Source: an uncultured delta proteobacterium (GTDB taxonomy: Bacteria; Desulfobacterota; Binatia; UBA9968). From it: a DNA stretch of 64,000 nt. Both the position numbers and the translations under genes were made by a program. The notes under the pieces are model-generated. The model ran no database searches. It was not told the DNA's origin and worked only from the letters and a program-made list of their open reading frames with translations. Location of the stretch: assembly GCA_963847445.1 (NCBI GenBank), contig CAWJZV010000006.1, positions 128,001-192,000 on the forward strand, in the 5' to 3' direction. This document shows, in pieces, positions 23,322 through 33,995 of this stretch (its first letter is position 1; each line of letters begins with the position of its first letter).

Positions 23322-23681
23322 CTGAAGGATAATCAAGCGTTCCCGAAGTCGGCCCGCCTGAGAAAACGACGCGAATTTTTGCGATTATCGCGATCCGGTC
23401 ACAAGATCCATTCCGCAAACTTTGTCGTTATCAGCAAAACTAGCGATCATGCCGAGTCCCGCGTGGGAATCACCGTTAGCGGTAAGGTTGGCAACTCAGT
23501 GATCCGCAATCGGATCAAACGGCAAGTACGGGAGTTCTTCCGCCGCCGCCGCGCGGCATTGCCGCAAGCGGTGGATTTCCTCGTCATCGCGCGTCAAAGC
23601 GCGGTGAACCTGCCGTCGAGTATGCTCGACGCCGAATTGGCCAAAAGTTTCTCGCCGCCACGCGGGCGCCGGATGGTATAA
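23322..23681 (+). CDS. rnpA: Ribonuclease P protein component, probable CTG start
   Basis: FPKSARLRKRREF N-terminal motif, RVGITVSGKVGNSVIRNRIKR (RNR motif); lies between rpmH and yidD. Confidence 0.93.
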   Translation: MKDNQAFPKSARLRKRREFLRLSRSGHKIHSANFVVISKTSDHAESRVGITVSGKVGNSVIRNRIKRQVREFFRRRRAALPQAVDFLVIARQSAVNLPSSMLDAELAKSFSPPRGRRMV

Positions 23682-23685
23682 CCGC

Positions 23686-23898
23686 ATGATCCGCTGGTTA
23701 TTGATCTTGCCGATTCGCGCCTATCGCCTGTCGGTCTCGCCCTGGTTGCCGCCCGCTTGCCGGTTTTACCCCAGTTGTTCGGCCTATGCGCAAACGGCAA
23801 TTCACCGTCACGGTGCGGTCAAAGGTCTGCTCTACACTCTATGGCGTTTCTGCCGCTGCCACCCTTTCAGCGCCGGCGGATACGATCCGGTCAGTTGA
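23686..23898 (+). CDS. yidD: Membrane protein insertion efficiency factor
   Basis: CRFYPSCSAY and RCHPFSAGGYDPV motifs. Confidence 0.96.
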   Translation: MIRWLLILPIRAYRLSVSPWLPPACRFYPSCSAYAQTAIHRHGAVKGLLYTLWRFCRCHPFSAGGYDPVS

Positions 23899-23907
23899 AC
23901 TTAATCA

Positions 23908-25536
23908 ATGGATAAACGCGCACTCATCGGCATCGCATTATCGGTCCTGGTCTTGGTCGGTTACCAAGAATTTATTAGCCGTTATTATGGCCCGCCGCCG
24001 ACAGTTCCGGCGCCGGCCGCGGAAAAGACGGACGCCGCTGCGCCGCCCTCCGGCGCTACTCCCGCCGCGCCCAGCGCTGTCCCGGCGCAAGTTGCGCCGG
24101 CTCTCGTACCGCCTGGCCAAGCGGCTCGAAACATTCAGGTTGAAACCGATAACTACATCGCCGTTTTCACCAGCCACGGCGCGCGCCTGAAAAGCTTTCA
24201 GTTCAAAAACTATCGCGCCAGCGCGGATACTAAAAGCCCGCTCCAGGAAATAATTACCACCGCGAAAGATGTGCCGTTGCCGCTCGGTGTGCGCTGGCAG
24301 GCGCCGGCGCCATTCGATGATGCAAGTGTGTCTTACTCCGTTCAGGGCGCCGATCTTAAACTCACAGGCGAAGCCAAGGGTACCTTGGTATTTCAAGGCC
24401 AGACCGCCGATGGCGCGACGATTACCAAGTCTTTGACATTTACCGGCAATGTTTATCCTATTCAGTTCGATGTTGCCGTTCAGTCCGCCGCGGCCACTGC
24501 GCCGGTGCCAGAAGTTTTTCTGACCGACAAAAGCGATCATACCGTGGTCAATCCCGGCGCGCCGTTCGAAGGCTTCGTCGCCTTGGTCGATAACAAGATC
24601 AAGCGCGAGGCGACGGTGGACGCGAGTAAGGGACATGAGTTTAGCGGCGACGTCGCCTGGGCCGGTTTCGGCCACACTTATTTTTTCGTGGCTTTGATGC
24701 CGGAAAATGGCGCCGGGCACAAAGTTTCGGTGCGGCAAAATGGCGCCGCGCTCGTCGCTTCGCTGAGCGGACCGGCGGCCGGCGGCCGCTATCGTCTGTT
24801 CATCGGACCCAAAGAACTCGAACTCCTACAGTCGGTGGGCAAGGACATCGATCGTGCCATCGACCACGGCTATTTCGGCTTCGTCTCGGTGCCGCTGCTC
24901 TACGTGCTCCACTTCTTTCACCGTTTCACCGGCAGTTATGGGATCGACATCATTATACTGACGGTGCTGATCAAGCTGATCATGTGGCCGTTGACGCATA
25001 AGAGCTTTAGTTCCATGAAGTCGATGCAGAAGCTTGGGCCGCAGATGGAAAAGCTCAAAGAACGCTTCGCCAACGACAAAGAGAAACTCAATAAAGAGAT
25101 CATGGATCTGTACAAGCGTAACGGTGTCAATCCGTTGGGCGGCTGCCTGCCGATGGTGCTGCAATTTCCGGTTTTCATCGGTCTGTACAACGCGCTCAGC
25201 ACGCCCATCGAGCTGCGCCATGCGTCGTTTATGTGGATTCAAGATTTGTCGCGGCCCGACTGGGAAGCGCTGCAGTTCACAGTTCCCGGCTGGTGGCCTT
25301 CGCTCTTGCCGTCCGGCATTCCGATTCTGACCATTGTCATGGGCGCCACCATGTTTATCCAACAATGGATGACGCCGTCAGCGGGCGATCCCAACCAGCG
25401 AAGAATAATGATGTTGATGCCGCTCATGTTTACCTTCATGTTCGTGTCGTTTCCCGCTGGCTTGACCGTTTACTGGCTGGTGAACAACGTGCTGAGCATC
25501 GCGCAGCAGTACTGGATCAATCGCAGCGATAAGTAG
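23908..25536 (+). CDS. yidC: Membrane protein insertase
   Basis: N-terminal TM, large periplasmic domain, GVNPLGGCLPMVLQFPVF, GLTVYW. Confidence 0.97.
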   Translation: MDKRALIGIALSVLVLVGYQEFISRYYGPPPTVPAPAAEKTDAAAPPSGATPAAPSAVPAQVAPALVPPGQAARNIQVETDNYIAVFTSHGARLKSFQFKNYRASADTKSPLQEIITTAKDVPLPLGVRWQAPAPFDDASVSYSVQGADLKLTGEAKGTLVFQGQTADGATITKSLTFTGNVYPIQFDVAVQSAAATAPVPEVFLTDKSDHTVVNPGAPFEGFVALVDNKIKREATVDASKGHEFSGDVAWAGFGHTYFFVALMPENGAGHKVSVRQNGAALVASLSGPAAGGRYRLFIGPKELELLQSVGKDIDRAIDHGYFGFVSVPLLYVLHFFHRFTGSYGIDIIILTVLIKLIMWPLTHKSFSSMKSMQKLGPQMEKLKERFANDKEKLNKEIMDLYKRNGVNPLGGCLPMVLQFPVFIGLYNALSTPIELRHASFMWIQDLSRPDWEALQFTVPGWWPSLLPSGIPILTIVMGATMFIQQWMTPSAGDPNQRRIMMLMPLMFTFMFVSFPAGLTVYWLVNNVLSIAQQYWINRSDK

Positions 25537-25552
25537 CCGAGGAAGGTCAGTT

Positions 25553-26599
25553 ATGGATTTCGTCGAAACCGAAGGCGATAACATCGACGCCGCCATCGAA
25601 AACGCGCTGAAGGCACTCGGCGTCGGGCGCGAAAAGATCACCGTCGATATCATTTCGGAAGGACGCAAGGGGATACTCGGTTTTGGCGCGCAGAAAGCGA
25701 AGGTTCGTGCTTCGCTGCGCAAGCTCAATCTTGAACCCGACCCGACGCCCGCCAAACCCCAGGCCGCGCAGACCCAGCAGGCACCGGCAAGAGCAGCGGA
25801 GCCCAGACCGCGGCCTCCAGAGCGGCGCCCGGCCGAATCGCGCCGAGCGGAACCACCAAGAGCCGAGTCGCGCGCCAGGGCGCCGGAACCTAGACCGCGA
25901 CCGCCTGAGCCGCGTTTCCGGCCTGAACCACGTCCGGCCCAGGCTCCTTCGCCCCGTCCGCCAGCGGAACCGCGCGCGGCCGACGCGCCGCCGCCGCTGA
26001 CACCAGCGGAGGTCGAGGCGATGGTCGCCAAGGCGAAGACGGCGCTGGCTGAGATTCTAAATTTAATGGGCATGAACGCGACGGTCGCAGAAAAAGCCGG
26101 CGTCGACAGCGAGGAAACGATCCTCGAGGTCAAGAGCGATAACAGCGGCTTGATCATTGGCCGCAAGGGACAGACCTTAGAAGCGTTGCAATACCTGATC
26201 ACCCGCATCGCCGGCGAACGGCCCGGCAATGAAGCGCCGCATGTCGTCATCGATATCGAGAACTACCACGAGCGCCGTCGCCAGACCTTGCAAGACATGG
26301 CGCTGCGCTTGGGCGAGAAGGCCAAACGCCAGCGCAAGACTGTCACCATCGATGCGCTCAGCGCAGCGGATCGCCGGGTCGTTCATGCGGCGCTGCAAGA
26401 CGATCCTTGGTTGACCACGCGCAGTCTCGGCCAGGGCGCTTATCGCCGCTTGCTGATCATTCCCGAGGGTGATCGTAAAATAAAAGATGATGGCCCTGCA
26501 CCGGCGCAAGAGCGCGAGGGCGAACGGCCGCAGAGAAGCAAGCGGCCTAATCCGCCGCAGCCGGATGAACCAGAAGAAGATGATAGCGGTGCTTCGTAG
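25553..26599 (+). CDS. jag: Jag/EloR (KhpB) RNA-binding protein with Pro/Arg-rich linker
   Basis: Jag_N (KGILGFG), KH domain IIGRKGQTLEALQ, R3H motif RRVVH. Confidence 0.93.
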   Translation: MDFVETEGDNIDAAIENALKALGVGREKITVDIISEGRKGILGFGAQKAKVRASLRKLNLEPDPTPAKPQAAQTQQAPARAAEPRPRPPERRPAESRRAEPPRAESRARAPEPRPRPPEPRFRPEPRPAQAPSPRPPAEPRAADAPPPLTPAEVEAMVAKAKTALAEILNLMGMNATVAEKAGVDSEETILEVKSDNSGLIIGRKGQTLEALQYLITRIAGERPGNEAPHVVIDIENYHERRRQTLQDMALRLGEKAKRQRKTVTIDALSAADRRVVHAALQDDPWLTTRSLGQGAYRRLLIIPEGDRKIKDDGPAPAQEREGERPQRSKRPNPPQPDEPEEDDSGAS

Positions 26600-26749
26600 T
26601 CTGGCGCGGACGCAGTAGCGGAGGATTCGAAGAGTTGACCAGGATGGACATGGTTCGACGGCGGTCACTACAGGCTCCGATCACGATGTTCGGAATTTTA
26701 GTGATCCAAATACTTCGTTAAGTTCTCGTTACGGCGCAAATTTGTTAAG

Positions 26750-26778
26750 TTGACCCCAATGAATCGGTTCTCTATAGT
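26750..26778 (+). promoter_or_regulatory. Sigma70-type promoter of ispG
   Basis: TTGACC-N17-TATAGT, ending 6 nt before the ATG. Confidence 0.7.
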
Positions 26779-26784
26779 CGAGCC

Positions 26785-27882
26785 ATGATTGAGCGACGCA
26801 AGACCAGGCAGATTGAGCTGGGCAAAGTGAAAGTCGGCGGCGACGCGCCGATCACGGTCCAGTCGATGACCAAGACCGACACCCGCGACGTGCGCGCCAC
26901 GGTGCAGCAGATCTGGTCCTTGGAAGCGGCTGGTTGCGAAATCGTCCGCTGTGCCGTGCCGGTGCGCGAAGCGGCCGAGCAGCTTGGTGAAATCAAGAAA
27001 AAAATCCGCATTCCGTTGGTCGCCGACATCCATTTCAATTACAAACTGGCGTTGATCGCCATCGAGCAGGGCGTCGACGGCCTGCGCCTCAATCCCGGCA
27101 ACATCGGCGCTCGCAAGTATGTCGAAGAAGTGGTCAAGGCCGCGTCCGAGCGCAAGATTCCCATCCGCATCGGCGTCAACGCCGGCTCGCTGGAAAAAGA
27201 CTTGCTGCAAAAGTACAACGGCCCGACGGCTGAAGGCATGGTCGAAAGCGGTCTGCGCCATATTCATATTCTCGAAGATGTCGGTTATTCCGAGATCAAG
27301 ATTTCCCTCAAAGCTTCCGATCCGTTGATGATGATCGAAGCCTATCGCATGCTCGCCGACCAGGTGAACTATGCATTTCATCTCGGTGTGACCGAGGCGG
27401 GGACACCGGGCATCGGCACGATCAAATCCGCCGTCGGCTTAGGCACGCTCTTGGCCGAAGGTATCGGCGACACCATTCGCGTGTCGTTGGCGGCTGACCC
27501 GGTGGAAGAAGTGCGGATCGGTTTGGAAATTTTGAAAGCGCTCAAGCTGCGCAAGGACGGCATGACCTTTGTCGCCTGTCCGTCCTGCGGCCGCGCCGAT
27601 GTCGATCTTATAGCGCTGGCGAAGGCGGTGGAAGAGCGCATGCTGCCGTACAGCAATCAAAACATCCATGTCGCGGTGATGGGTTGCGAAGTCAACGGTC
27701 CGGGCGAAGCGCGGGCGGCGGATCTCGGCGTTGCCGGCGGCAAGGGCATCGGTCTGATCTTCAAGCGCGGCGAAGTCATTCGCAAAGTTCCCGAAGCGCA
27801 GATCGTCGATGCGCTGATGGAAGAAGTCGCCAAGTTCGCCGCCGAAAAAGCCGCTGAAGCCTCGACGGCCGCGCTCAACTGA
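26785..27882 (+). CDS. ispG: (E)-4-hydroxy-3-methylbut-2-enyl diphosphate synthase
   Basis: VQSMT, ADIHF, RLNPGNIG, RIGVNAGSL, GDTIRVSL, CPSCGR, MGCEVNGPGE. Confidence 0.98.
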   Translation: MIERRKTRQIELGKVKVGGDAPITVQSMTKTDTRDVRATVQQIWSLEAAGCEIVRCAVPVREAAEQLGEIKKKIRIPLVADIHFNYKLALIAIEQGVDGLRLNPGNIGARKYVEEVVKAASERKIPIRIGVNAGSLEKDLLQKYNGPTAEGMVESGLRHIHILEDVGYSEIKISLKASDPLMMIEAYRMLADQVNYAFHLGVTEAGTPGIGTIKSAVGLGTLLAEGIGDTIRVSLAADPVEEVRIGLEILKALKLRKDGMTFVACPSCGRADVDLIALAKAVEERMLPYSNQNIHVAVMGCEVNGPGEARAADLGVAGGKGIGLIFKRGEVIRKVPEAQIVDALMEEVAKFAAEKAAEASTAALN

Positions 27883-27927
27883 GCTTTTCTGTCTCGTTCG
27901 ACATTGCCCATTCTCAATCGAGCTACT

Positions 27928-29655
27928 ATGCGTTGGAGTAAAACCCTCATCCCGACATTGAAAGAAGACCCGGCGGACGCCGAGGTCATCAGTCACAAGC
28001 TCTTGATGCGCGCCGGCTACATTCGCCAGGTCAGCCGCGGCATCTACGATTACTTTCCGTTGGCTCTCAAAGTCATTCGTAAGATCGAAACCATCGTGCG
28101 CCAGGAAATGGACCGCGCCGGCGCGCAAGAACTTTTGCTGCCGATTGCCGCGCCCGCCGAACTGTGGCAGGAGAGCGGCCGCTGGGAGTTTTACGGCAAA
28201 GAACTGCTGCGCTTCAAGGACCGCCATGAGCGCGATTTCTGCCTCGGTCCGACCCATGAAGAGCTAATCACTGATTTAGTCCGGCGCTCGGTGCGCTCCT
28301 ATCGTGAGCTGCCAATCAATTTGTACCAGCTGCAGACCAAGTTTCGCGATGAAGTGCGACCGCGCTTCGGTTTGATGCGCGGGCGCGAGTTCATTATGAA
28401 GGACGCCTACAGTTTTCACACCGATGTCGAGGATTGCCGGCGCGAATACGACAACATGTATCAGACCTACAAGCGCATCTTCAGCCGCTGCGGTCTGAGC
28501 TACCGTCCGGTGGAAGCGGACACCGGCGCCATCGGCGGCAGCCTGTCCCATGAGTTTCAAGTGCTGGCCGCGTCCGGTGAAGACGCCATCGTTAGCTGCG
28601 ACGGCTGCGAGTACGCCGCCAACGTCGAAAAGGCCGAAGTCAAAGGCAGGCCGCCGGCGGCGCGGGATATTTCCCAGGAATCCCCTAAGCTGAACAAGGT
28701 CGCCACACCGGGTAAAAAGACCGTGCCCGAGGTCGCCGAGTTGCTAAAATTACCTGCCAATCAATTCATCAAGACGCTGGTTTACAAGACCGATGGCGGC
28801 GACTTGATCGCGGCGCTGGTGCGCGGCGATCATGAAATCAACGAACTGAAACTGCGCACGGTGCTCGGCTGCCGCGAAGTAACCCTAGCCGACGAAACCG
28901 CGGTGACGGCGGCGACGGGTGTGGTGCCCGGCTATATGGGGCCGATTGGTTTGCAGTTGCGCATCGTCGCCGATCTGTCGGTGCATGGCATGCGCGGCGC
29001 GGTCACCGGCGCCAACGAAGCCAATTTCCATTATATCGATATCGATCAGGAGCGCGACTTCACGCCGAGTGCGTTCGCCGACTTGCGCCTTGCCGTGGCG
29101 GGCGATCCTTGTCCGCGCTGTGAGTCGGGCAAGCTGCAGACCCATCGCGGCATTGAAGTGGGCCAAGTTTTTTATCTCGGCACCAAGTACAGCGAGAAGA
29201 TGGGCGCGACCTATCTCGACGCCGAAGGCCGTGAGCAGGCCATCGAGATGGGCTGTTATGGCATCGGCATCAGCCGCATGGTCGCTGCCGCGGTCGAGCA
29301 GAACCACGATGCCAACGGCATCATCTGGCCGTTGTCCATTGCGCCGTTTCAAGTGCTCGTCCTGCCGATCAATTACAAAGAAGAAAAACTGCGCGATGCC
29401 GCCGAGAAACTTTATCTAGAGTTGCAGCGCGCCGGCGTTGAAGTGATGCTCGACGATCGCGATGAGCGCGCCGGGGTCAAGTTTAAAGACGCCGACCTGA
29501 TCGGCATCCCGCTGCGCGTCACCATCGGCGCCAAGGCCCTAGACAAAGGCTGTATCGAGCTGCGTAACCGGCGCAACGGCAAGACCGACGAAGTGGCGCT
29601 CGGCGAGGCGGTAAAATCCATTCAAACCATCATCGCCCAGGCGGTCCAGGGATAA
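27928..29655 (+). CDS. proS: Proline--tRNA ligase with editing domain
   Basis: LGPTHEE, KFRDEVRPRFGLMRGREF, GIEVGQVF, MGCYGIG. Confidence 0.98.
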   Translation: MRWSKTLIPTLKEDPADAEVISHKLLMRAGYIRQVSRGIYDYFPLALKVIRKIETIVRQEMDRAGAQELLLPIAAPAELWQESGRWEFYGKELLRFKDRHERDFCLGPTHEELITDLVRRSVRSYRELPINLYQLQTKFRDEVRPRFGLMRGREFIMKDAYSFHTDVEDCRREYDNMYQTYKRIFSRCGLSYRPVEADTGAIGGSLSHEFQVLAASGEDAIVSCDGCEYAANVEKAEVKGRPPAARDISQESPKLNKVATPGKKTVPEVAELLKLPANQFIKTLVYKTDGGDLIAALVRGDHEINELKLRTVLGCREVTLADETAVTAATGVVPGYMGPIGLQLRIVADLSVHGMRGAVTGANEANFHYIDIDQERDFTPSAFADLRLAVAGDPCPRCESGKLQTHRGIEVGQVFYLGTKYSEKMGATYLDAEGREQAIEMGCYGIGISRMVAAAVEQNHDANGIIWPLSIAPFQVLVLPINYKEEKLRDAAEKLYLELQRAGVEVMLDDRDERAGVKFKDADLIGIPLRVTIGAKALDKGCIELRNRRNGKTDEVALGEAVKSIQTIIAQAVQG

Positions 29656-29658
29656 GCC

Positions 29659-30414
29659 ATGACCTCGAAGCTCGAGCTGGTACGTAAACATGGTTCCATG
29701 CGCGAGCGATTGATCGTCGCCCTCGACGTCGATGACTTGGAACAGGCCGCCGAGTTAGTGCGCCAGCTCGCCGGCGAAGTCGGCATGTTCAAAATCGGCA
29801 AGCAGCTCTTCACCCACGCCGGGCCGCAGGCGGTGCGGCAGATTCAAGAGCTGGGCGGCGAGATCTTTCTCGACCTCAAGTTCCACGACATTCCCAATAC
29901 CGTCGCGAAAGCGGCCATCGAAGCGACCCGGCTCGGCGTGAAAATGTTCAACGTCCACGCCTCGGGCAGCTTGGAGATGATGCGCCTGACCGCCAAGGAA
30001 GTAAGACGGGTGTGCCGGCAGCAAAAGCTGCGCAAGCCGATCATGCTGGCGGTCACCGTGCTGACGAGCTTGAACCAAGACGATCTGCAGCGCGTCGGCG
30101 TCGAGCGCAAGGTCGCCGATCAGGTGGTGCGTTTAGCTCTGCTTACCAAGGAAGCGGGGATGGATGGTGTAGTCGCTTCGCCTCATGAAGTGGCGGATAT
30201 CCGCGAGGCCTGCGGCCGGCGCTTCGTCATCGTCACGCCGGGGATTCGCCCGTCAGATGGCAATCGCAACGACCAACAGCGCGTCATGACACCGCAAAAT
30301 GCCGTGCGCGGCGGCGTCGACTACATCGTCGTCGGCCGGCCGATTATCGAAGCCAAAGATCCGGTGGCCGCCGCCCGCGCCATCGTCGCCGACATGCAGC
30401 TGGGCGCCAAGTAG
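29659..30414 (+). CDS. pyrF: Orotidine-5'-phosphate decarboxylase
   Basis: LIVALD, FLDLKFHDIPNTV, TPGIRP, VVGRPI. Confidence 0.98.
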   Translation: MTSKLELVRKHGSMRERLIVALDVDDLEQAAELVRQLAGEVGMFKIGKQLFTHAGPQAVRQIQELGGEIFLDLKFHDIPNTVAKAAIEATRLGVKMFNVHASGSLEMMRLTAKEVRRVCRQQKLRKPIMLAVTVLTSLNQDDLQRVGVERKVADQVVRLALLTKEAGMDGVVASPHEVADIREACGRRFVIVTPGIRPSDGNRNDQQRVMTPQNAVRGGVDYIVVGRPIIEAKDPVAAARAIVADMQLGAK

Positions 30415-30493
30415 CCTCATAGCCTCGCTGGCGCGAGACATTTCACATTGCAAATTTCACACGGCAAATTTCGGGTTGGCTGAGATTCGCCTG

Positions 30494-31288
30494 CTACGCT
30501 TTCCAATACCGATAGAAATGATGCACCGGGCTGTGGCCTGAGCCAATCCGGTAGCTGTGGCGCAACGCATCGGTGATGTAGCTTTTCGCGTTGGTCACTG
30601 CCGCGACAATATCCTGGCCTTTGGCCAGGTTCGCCGCGATGGCGGCGGAGAGAGTGCAGCCGGTGCCATGGGTGTTTTTGGTAACGATGCGCGGCGCGTT
30701 GAGCGCGGTGAACTTTTTACCATCGTAAAAAAGATCCATGGCTGACCCTTTGAGATGGCCGCCTTTGATGAGCACGGTTTTTGCGCCCATCTTGACGATT
30801 CGTTTTGCCGCTTCCTTAGTTTCCTCCGCGCTGCGAAGCTTCATGCCGGTGAGCACCTCGGCTTCTGGAATATTCGGCGTGACGACAGTGGCTAATGGAA
30901 TCAGTTTACTGCGCAGCGCGGCGACGGCGCTTTTTTCAATCAGCAAATCGCCCGAGGTCGCAACCATCACCGGATCGACGACGATATGCTTTAAGCGATG
31001 CTGGCGAATCTTCTTTGCCACCAGGTCGATGATCGCAGCGTTAGCGAGCATACCGGTCTTCACCGCATGGGCGCCGATGTCGGCGATGATCGCGTCGATC
31101 TGCGCGCCGACGAGTTTGGCATTGACCGCCAACACGGCCGTGACGCCAATGGTATTCTGCGCCGTGATCGCAGTGATCGCCGAGGTGCCGTAGACGCCAT
31201 GGGCGGCGAAGGTTTTCAGATCGGCTTGGATGCCGGCGCCGGCGCCGGAGTCCGAGCCGGCGATGGTGAGGGCTTTGCGGATGGTCAT
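30494..31288 (-). CDS. thiD: Hydroxymethylpyrimidine/phosphomethylpyrimidine kinase
   Basis: [42 protein letters not shown]. Confidence 0.96.
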   Translation of the reverse strand: MTIRKALTIAGSDSGAGAGIQADLKTFAAHGVYGTSAITAITAQNTIGVTAVLAVNAKLVGAQIDAIIADIGAHAVKTGMLANAAIIDLVAKKIRQHRLKHIVVDPVMVATSGDLLIEKSAVAALRSKLIPLATVVTPNIPEAEVLTGMKLRSAEETKEAAKRIVKMGAKTVLIKGGHLKGSAMDLFYDGKKFTALNAPRIVTKNTHGTGCTLSAAIAANLAKGQDIVAAVTNAKSYITDALRHSYRIGSGHSPVHHFYRYWKA

Positions 31289-32358
31289 GATGATTTCGCG
31301 TCGCGCATGATCAGTCGATTGTAGAGTTGCACGAGTTCAGCGGTGCGCTCGCCCCATTTCTCGTGGGATACCACTTGTTGCTTACGCGGTCCGGGGTCGA
31401 CTTGATACTTGACGTCTTTGCGGCTCACCCAGCGCCCCTGGTTGGCCATGATCTCTTGGGCTTTTTTCGCCAGCATGAAGTCGACGAAGAGCGCCGCCCC
31501 GTGCGGATGGGGCGGCCGGGCAGCGACCCAGAATCCCTGCGGGATCATCACTGGGATGAACGGCTCGGGAAATATATATTCGATCGGCGCGCCTTTTTTC
31601 TTTAGATCGTGGGCCAAATGATTCGAGCCGTCGACCATGATGGAGAATTCACCGGCGGCCACCAGTTGGCCGACTAGTGTAGTACCGCGGCGAAAACCGG
31701 GCTCCTGCTTGCCCAAGGCTTCTGCCATGCGCCGGCCCTCCGTGTCGCCGTAATGATCGAGCATGGCGGCAAGCAGGTCGTAGGACTCGTTGTCCATGGC
31801 GAGCTTGCCCTTCCACTTGGGCTCGAGCAGATTGGCAAAGGATTTCGGGTAGTCTTTCGGCGCGACCAAATTCTTGTTGACGATGAACATGAAGGCGCGC
31901 GTAAAGGTGGCGTTGAAATAGCCCTCTTGATCGACGAAGCCGGGGCGGAGAAATTCCCGCAGCGGCGTACGGTAGCGCATGATCACGCCCGCTTTGCGCG
32001 TCGGCGTGAGAAAAGTCGCGCGGTAGCCGGTGGCGTCGTAGAGATGGGCGCCGGCGCGGTATTCGGCGGTGATGCGGTTCAACGTCTTCGGTCCGCCGGC
32101 GGTGACGAAGCTCAATTTAATATAGGGATAGTCGGTTTCGAAAGCGCGAATCAGCTCGTTGGAATCTTCACGATTCATCGTCGAGTACCAGACGACCTCG
32201 CGTTCTTTCTTCGCGCCGTCTTCGAGGCGGCGCTGGCGTTCGACGGCAGGCAGGCGATTGATTTCTTCGAGCAAATCTTCCGGTGATTTCTGCGCCGACA
32301 AGTCAGGCGCGAAAAACAGCATGGAAGCGAAGATCGATATCCATACTCGCTGTTTCAT
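31285..32358 (-). CDS. ABC transporter extracellular solute-binding protein (AfuA/SBP_bac-type)
   Basis: Signal peptide, [33 protein letters not shown]; ATGA overlaps with both neighbours. Confidence 0.85.
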   Translation of the reverse strand: MKQRVWISIFASMLFFAPDLSAQKSPEDLLEEINRLPAVERQRRLEDGAKKEREVVWYSTMNREDSNELIRAFETDYPYIKLSFVTAGGPKTLNRITAEYRAGAHLYDATGYRATFLTPTRKAGVIMRYRTPLREFLRPGFVDQEGYFNATFTRAFMFIVNKNLVAPKDYPKSFANLLEPKWKGKLAMDNESYDLLAAMLDHYGDTEGRRMAEALGKQEPGFRRGTTLVGQLVAAGEFSIMVDGSNHLAHDLKKKGAPIEYIFPEPFIPVMIPQGFWVAARPPHPHGAALFVDFMLAKKAQEIMANQGRWVSRKDVKYQVDPGPRKQQVVSHEKWGERTAELVQLYNRLIMRDAKSS

Positions 32359-33830
32359 GCTTGAGCTCCGTGCGGCAACTTCGGCGAACTGCTCGCTAAC
32401 AGCTGAGCCACCGCACTTTCGCAGACGGTGCCTGTGAAGAAGTCGGGGTTCATGCCGGCGTACAGCATCGCCGCGTTGGTGAAAGTATAATCGCGAAAAT
32501 CTTCTTCGCCGATCAAGCCGTCGTCGACCAGTTCATGGGCCTCTTCGACGACTTCGTTCATCTCGGTGACATCCCAGTGGCCGATGTCGGAGCTCATCAT
32601 CGCTTTCAATTTGGCGCCCATGGGATTGGTTTTCGCATTGAACGCCCAGGCCACCATCGGGTCGTCGGCTTCGCAGCCGAAATAAAAATTCGGAATGAAT
32701 AGATCGCGCAGATCTTCCAGCTTCTCGGCGCGGCAGGCGGCCCAATCGTCGAGATTCTTCGGATGGCGCTGGGGCTGGCTTAGCCAGTCCATGATGGCGT
32801 CAACCTTGGCGGTCATTTTCTCATTGCCATGTTCGCCGATCAGTTGGCGCATCAGTGCGCGATCCAGGTTGGCGGGATCGAGATCGTGAATCGCCTTGGC
32901 GTTGCGTTTCTTCCAGTGGCCGACGATGTCCGAGTAAACGCCGCAGGCCCAGTGCACGCCGCCTTCGAGAAAAGCGAAGTTCAACGTCGGAAAACGGCGC
33001 GTCACGCCGCCGAAAAACAGCGCCTTGCACATCGCTTCGCCGGCGGCGCCGAAGTGGCCGATGTGGTTGAACATATAATTGGACACCGAGCGGCGGCTGC
33101 CCCAGCCCTGGCCGGTGGCATGAGTGGTAACGGCGACTTTGAGCTCGACGCATTTGGCCCAGAACGGGTCATAGTCATACTCGCTGTCGAGGGCGAGCAG
33201 ATCGATATACGTCATGTTGGCGGCCAGGTCGGGATGTTCTTGCAACATTTTCGGCACCGGCCGTTGCACATGAGAAATCACCGCGGCTTTGAAGCCCTGT
33301 TGCTTCACGGCAAATTCCACTTCCTCCATGGCTTCTTGCGGCGAGTGGACCGGGATCACCGCCACCGGCGTCATGCGGTCGGCATAGTCGCGATAGATGT
33401 CTGAGTGAAAGGCATTCAAAGCGCGGCAAGCGATCCGGCGCACTTCTTCTTCCTCAATGCGCGGCGGTTCGGTTAGACCGAAGGTCGGGTAGAGCACGGT
33501 GAAATCCATGCCGAGCTCATCCATGCGCCGGTGCAGCAAGCGCGGCAGTGAGGCGGTCGCGCGGTCGAGGGTGTTTTTCGCCGGGCGCGCCCACCAGGGC
33601 GGACAAGTCGCACGCGAATAGCGGCGCTCGTCATCGGTCAGTTCCATCCAGCGGTTGTTGGCCCGGCTGCCGACGGCTGTCTTGTAGCGTTCGATCATAC
33701 CGGCGCCGCCGATCGCTTTAATGTAATCGAAAAACACTGGCGTCAGCTCGACGGTGTGGCCGTCGGTGTCGATGATCGGGTGATCGAGCTGCGCGCGGAC
33801 CTGAGATGATTTGGAACCGTTCGCTGACAT
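32355..33830 (-). CDS. Amidohydrolase family 2 protein
   Basis: IIDTDGH metal motif, DFTVLYPT, FLEGG, SSDIGHWD, NAAMLY. Confidence 0.88.
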   Translation of the reverse strand: MSANGSKSSQVRAQLDHPIIDTDGHTVELTPVFFDYIKAIGGAGMIERYKTAVGSRANNRWMELTDDERRYSRATCPPWWARPAKNTLDRATASLPRLLHRRMDELGMDFTVLYPTFGLTEPPRIEEEEVRRIACRALNAFHSDIYRDYADRMTPVAVIPVHSPQEAMEEVEFAVKQQGFKAAVISHVQRPVPKMLQEHPDLAANMTYIDLLALDSEYDYDPFWAKCVELKVAVTTHATGQGWGSRRSVSNYMFNHIGHFGAAGEAMCKALFFGGVTRRFPTLNFAFLEGGVHWACGVYSDIVGHWKKRNAKAIHDLDPANLDRALMRQLIGEHGNEKMTAKVDAIMDWLSQPQRHPKNLDDWAACRAEKLEDLRDLFIPNFYFGCEADDPMVAWAFNAKTNPMGAKLKAMMSSDIGHWDVTEMNEVVEEAHELVDDGLIGEEDFRDYTFTNAAMLYAGMNPDFFTGTVCESAVAQLLASSSPKLPHGAQA

Positions 33831-33995
33831 ATCGAATACCTCTATGCCCGGTATATTACGCGGGCTTCCTGACTGTCAATTCGATTGCTCACGCTAAGTT
33901 GCGGTGCTACGTGTATCGGAAGCAGCAGAGGGAATTATCCCCGCGCAAAGGCGCAAAGCGCGCTAAGCGAGTCAATGATGCGCAAGGGTGTTGAC

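Noticed and set aside
25790-25980. Repeat array inside jag (EPRPRPPE-like units)
   Set aside because: In-frame low-complexity linker typical of Jag proteins; not CRISPR or a mobile repeat
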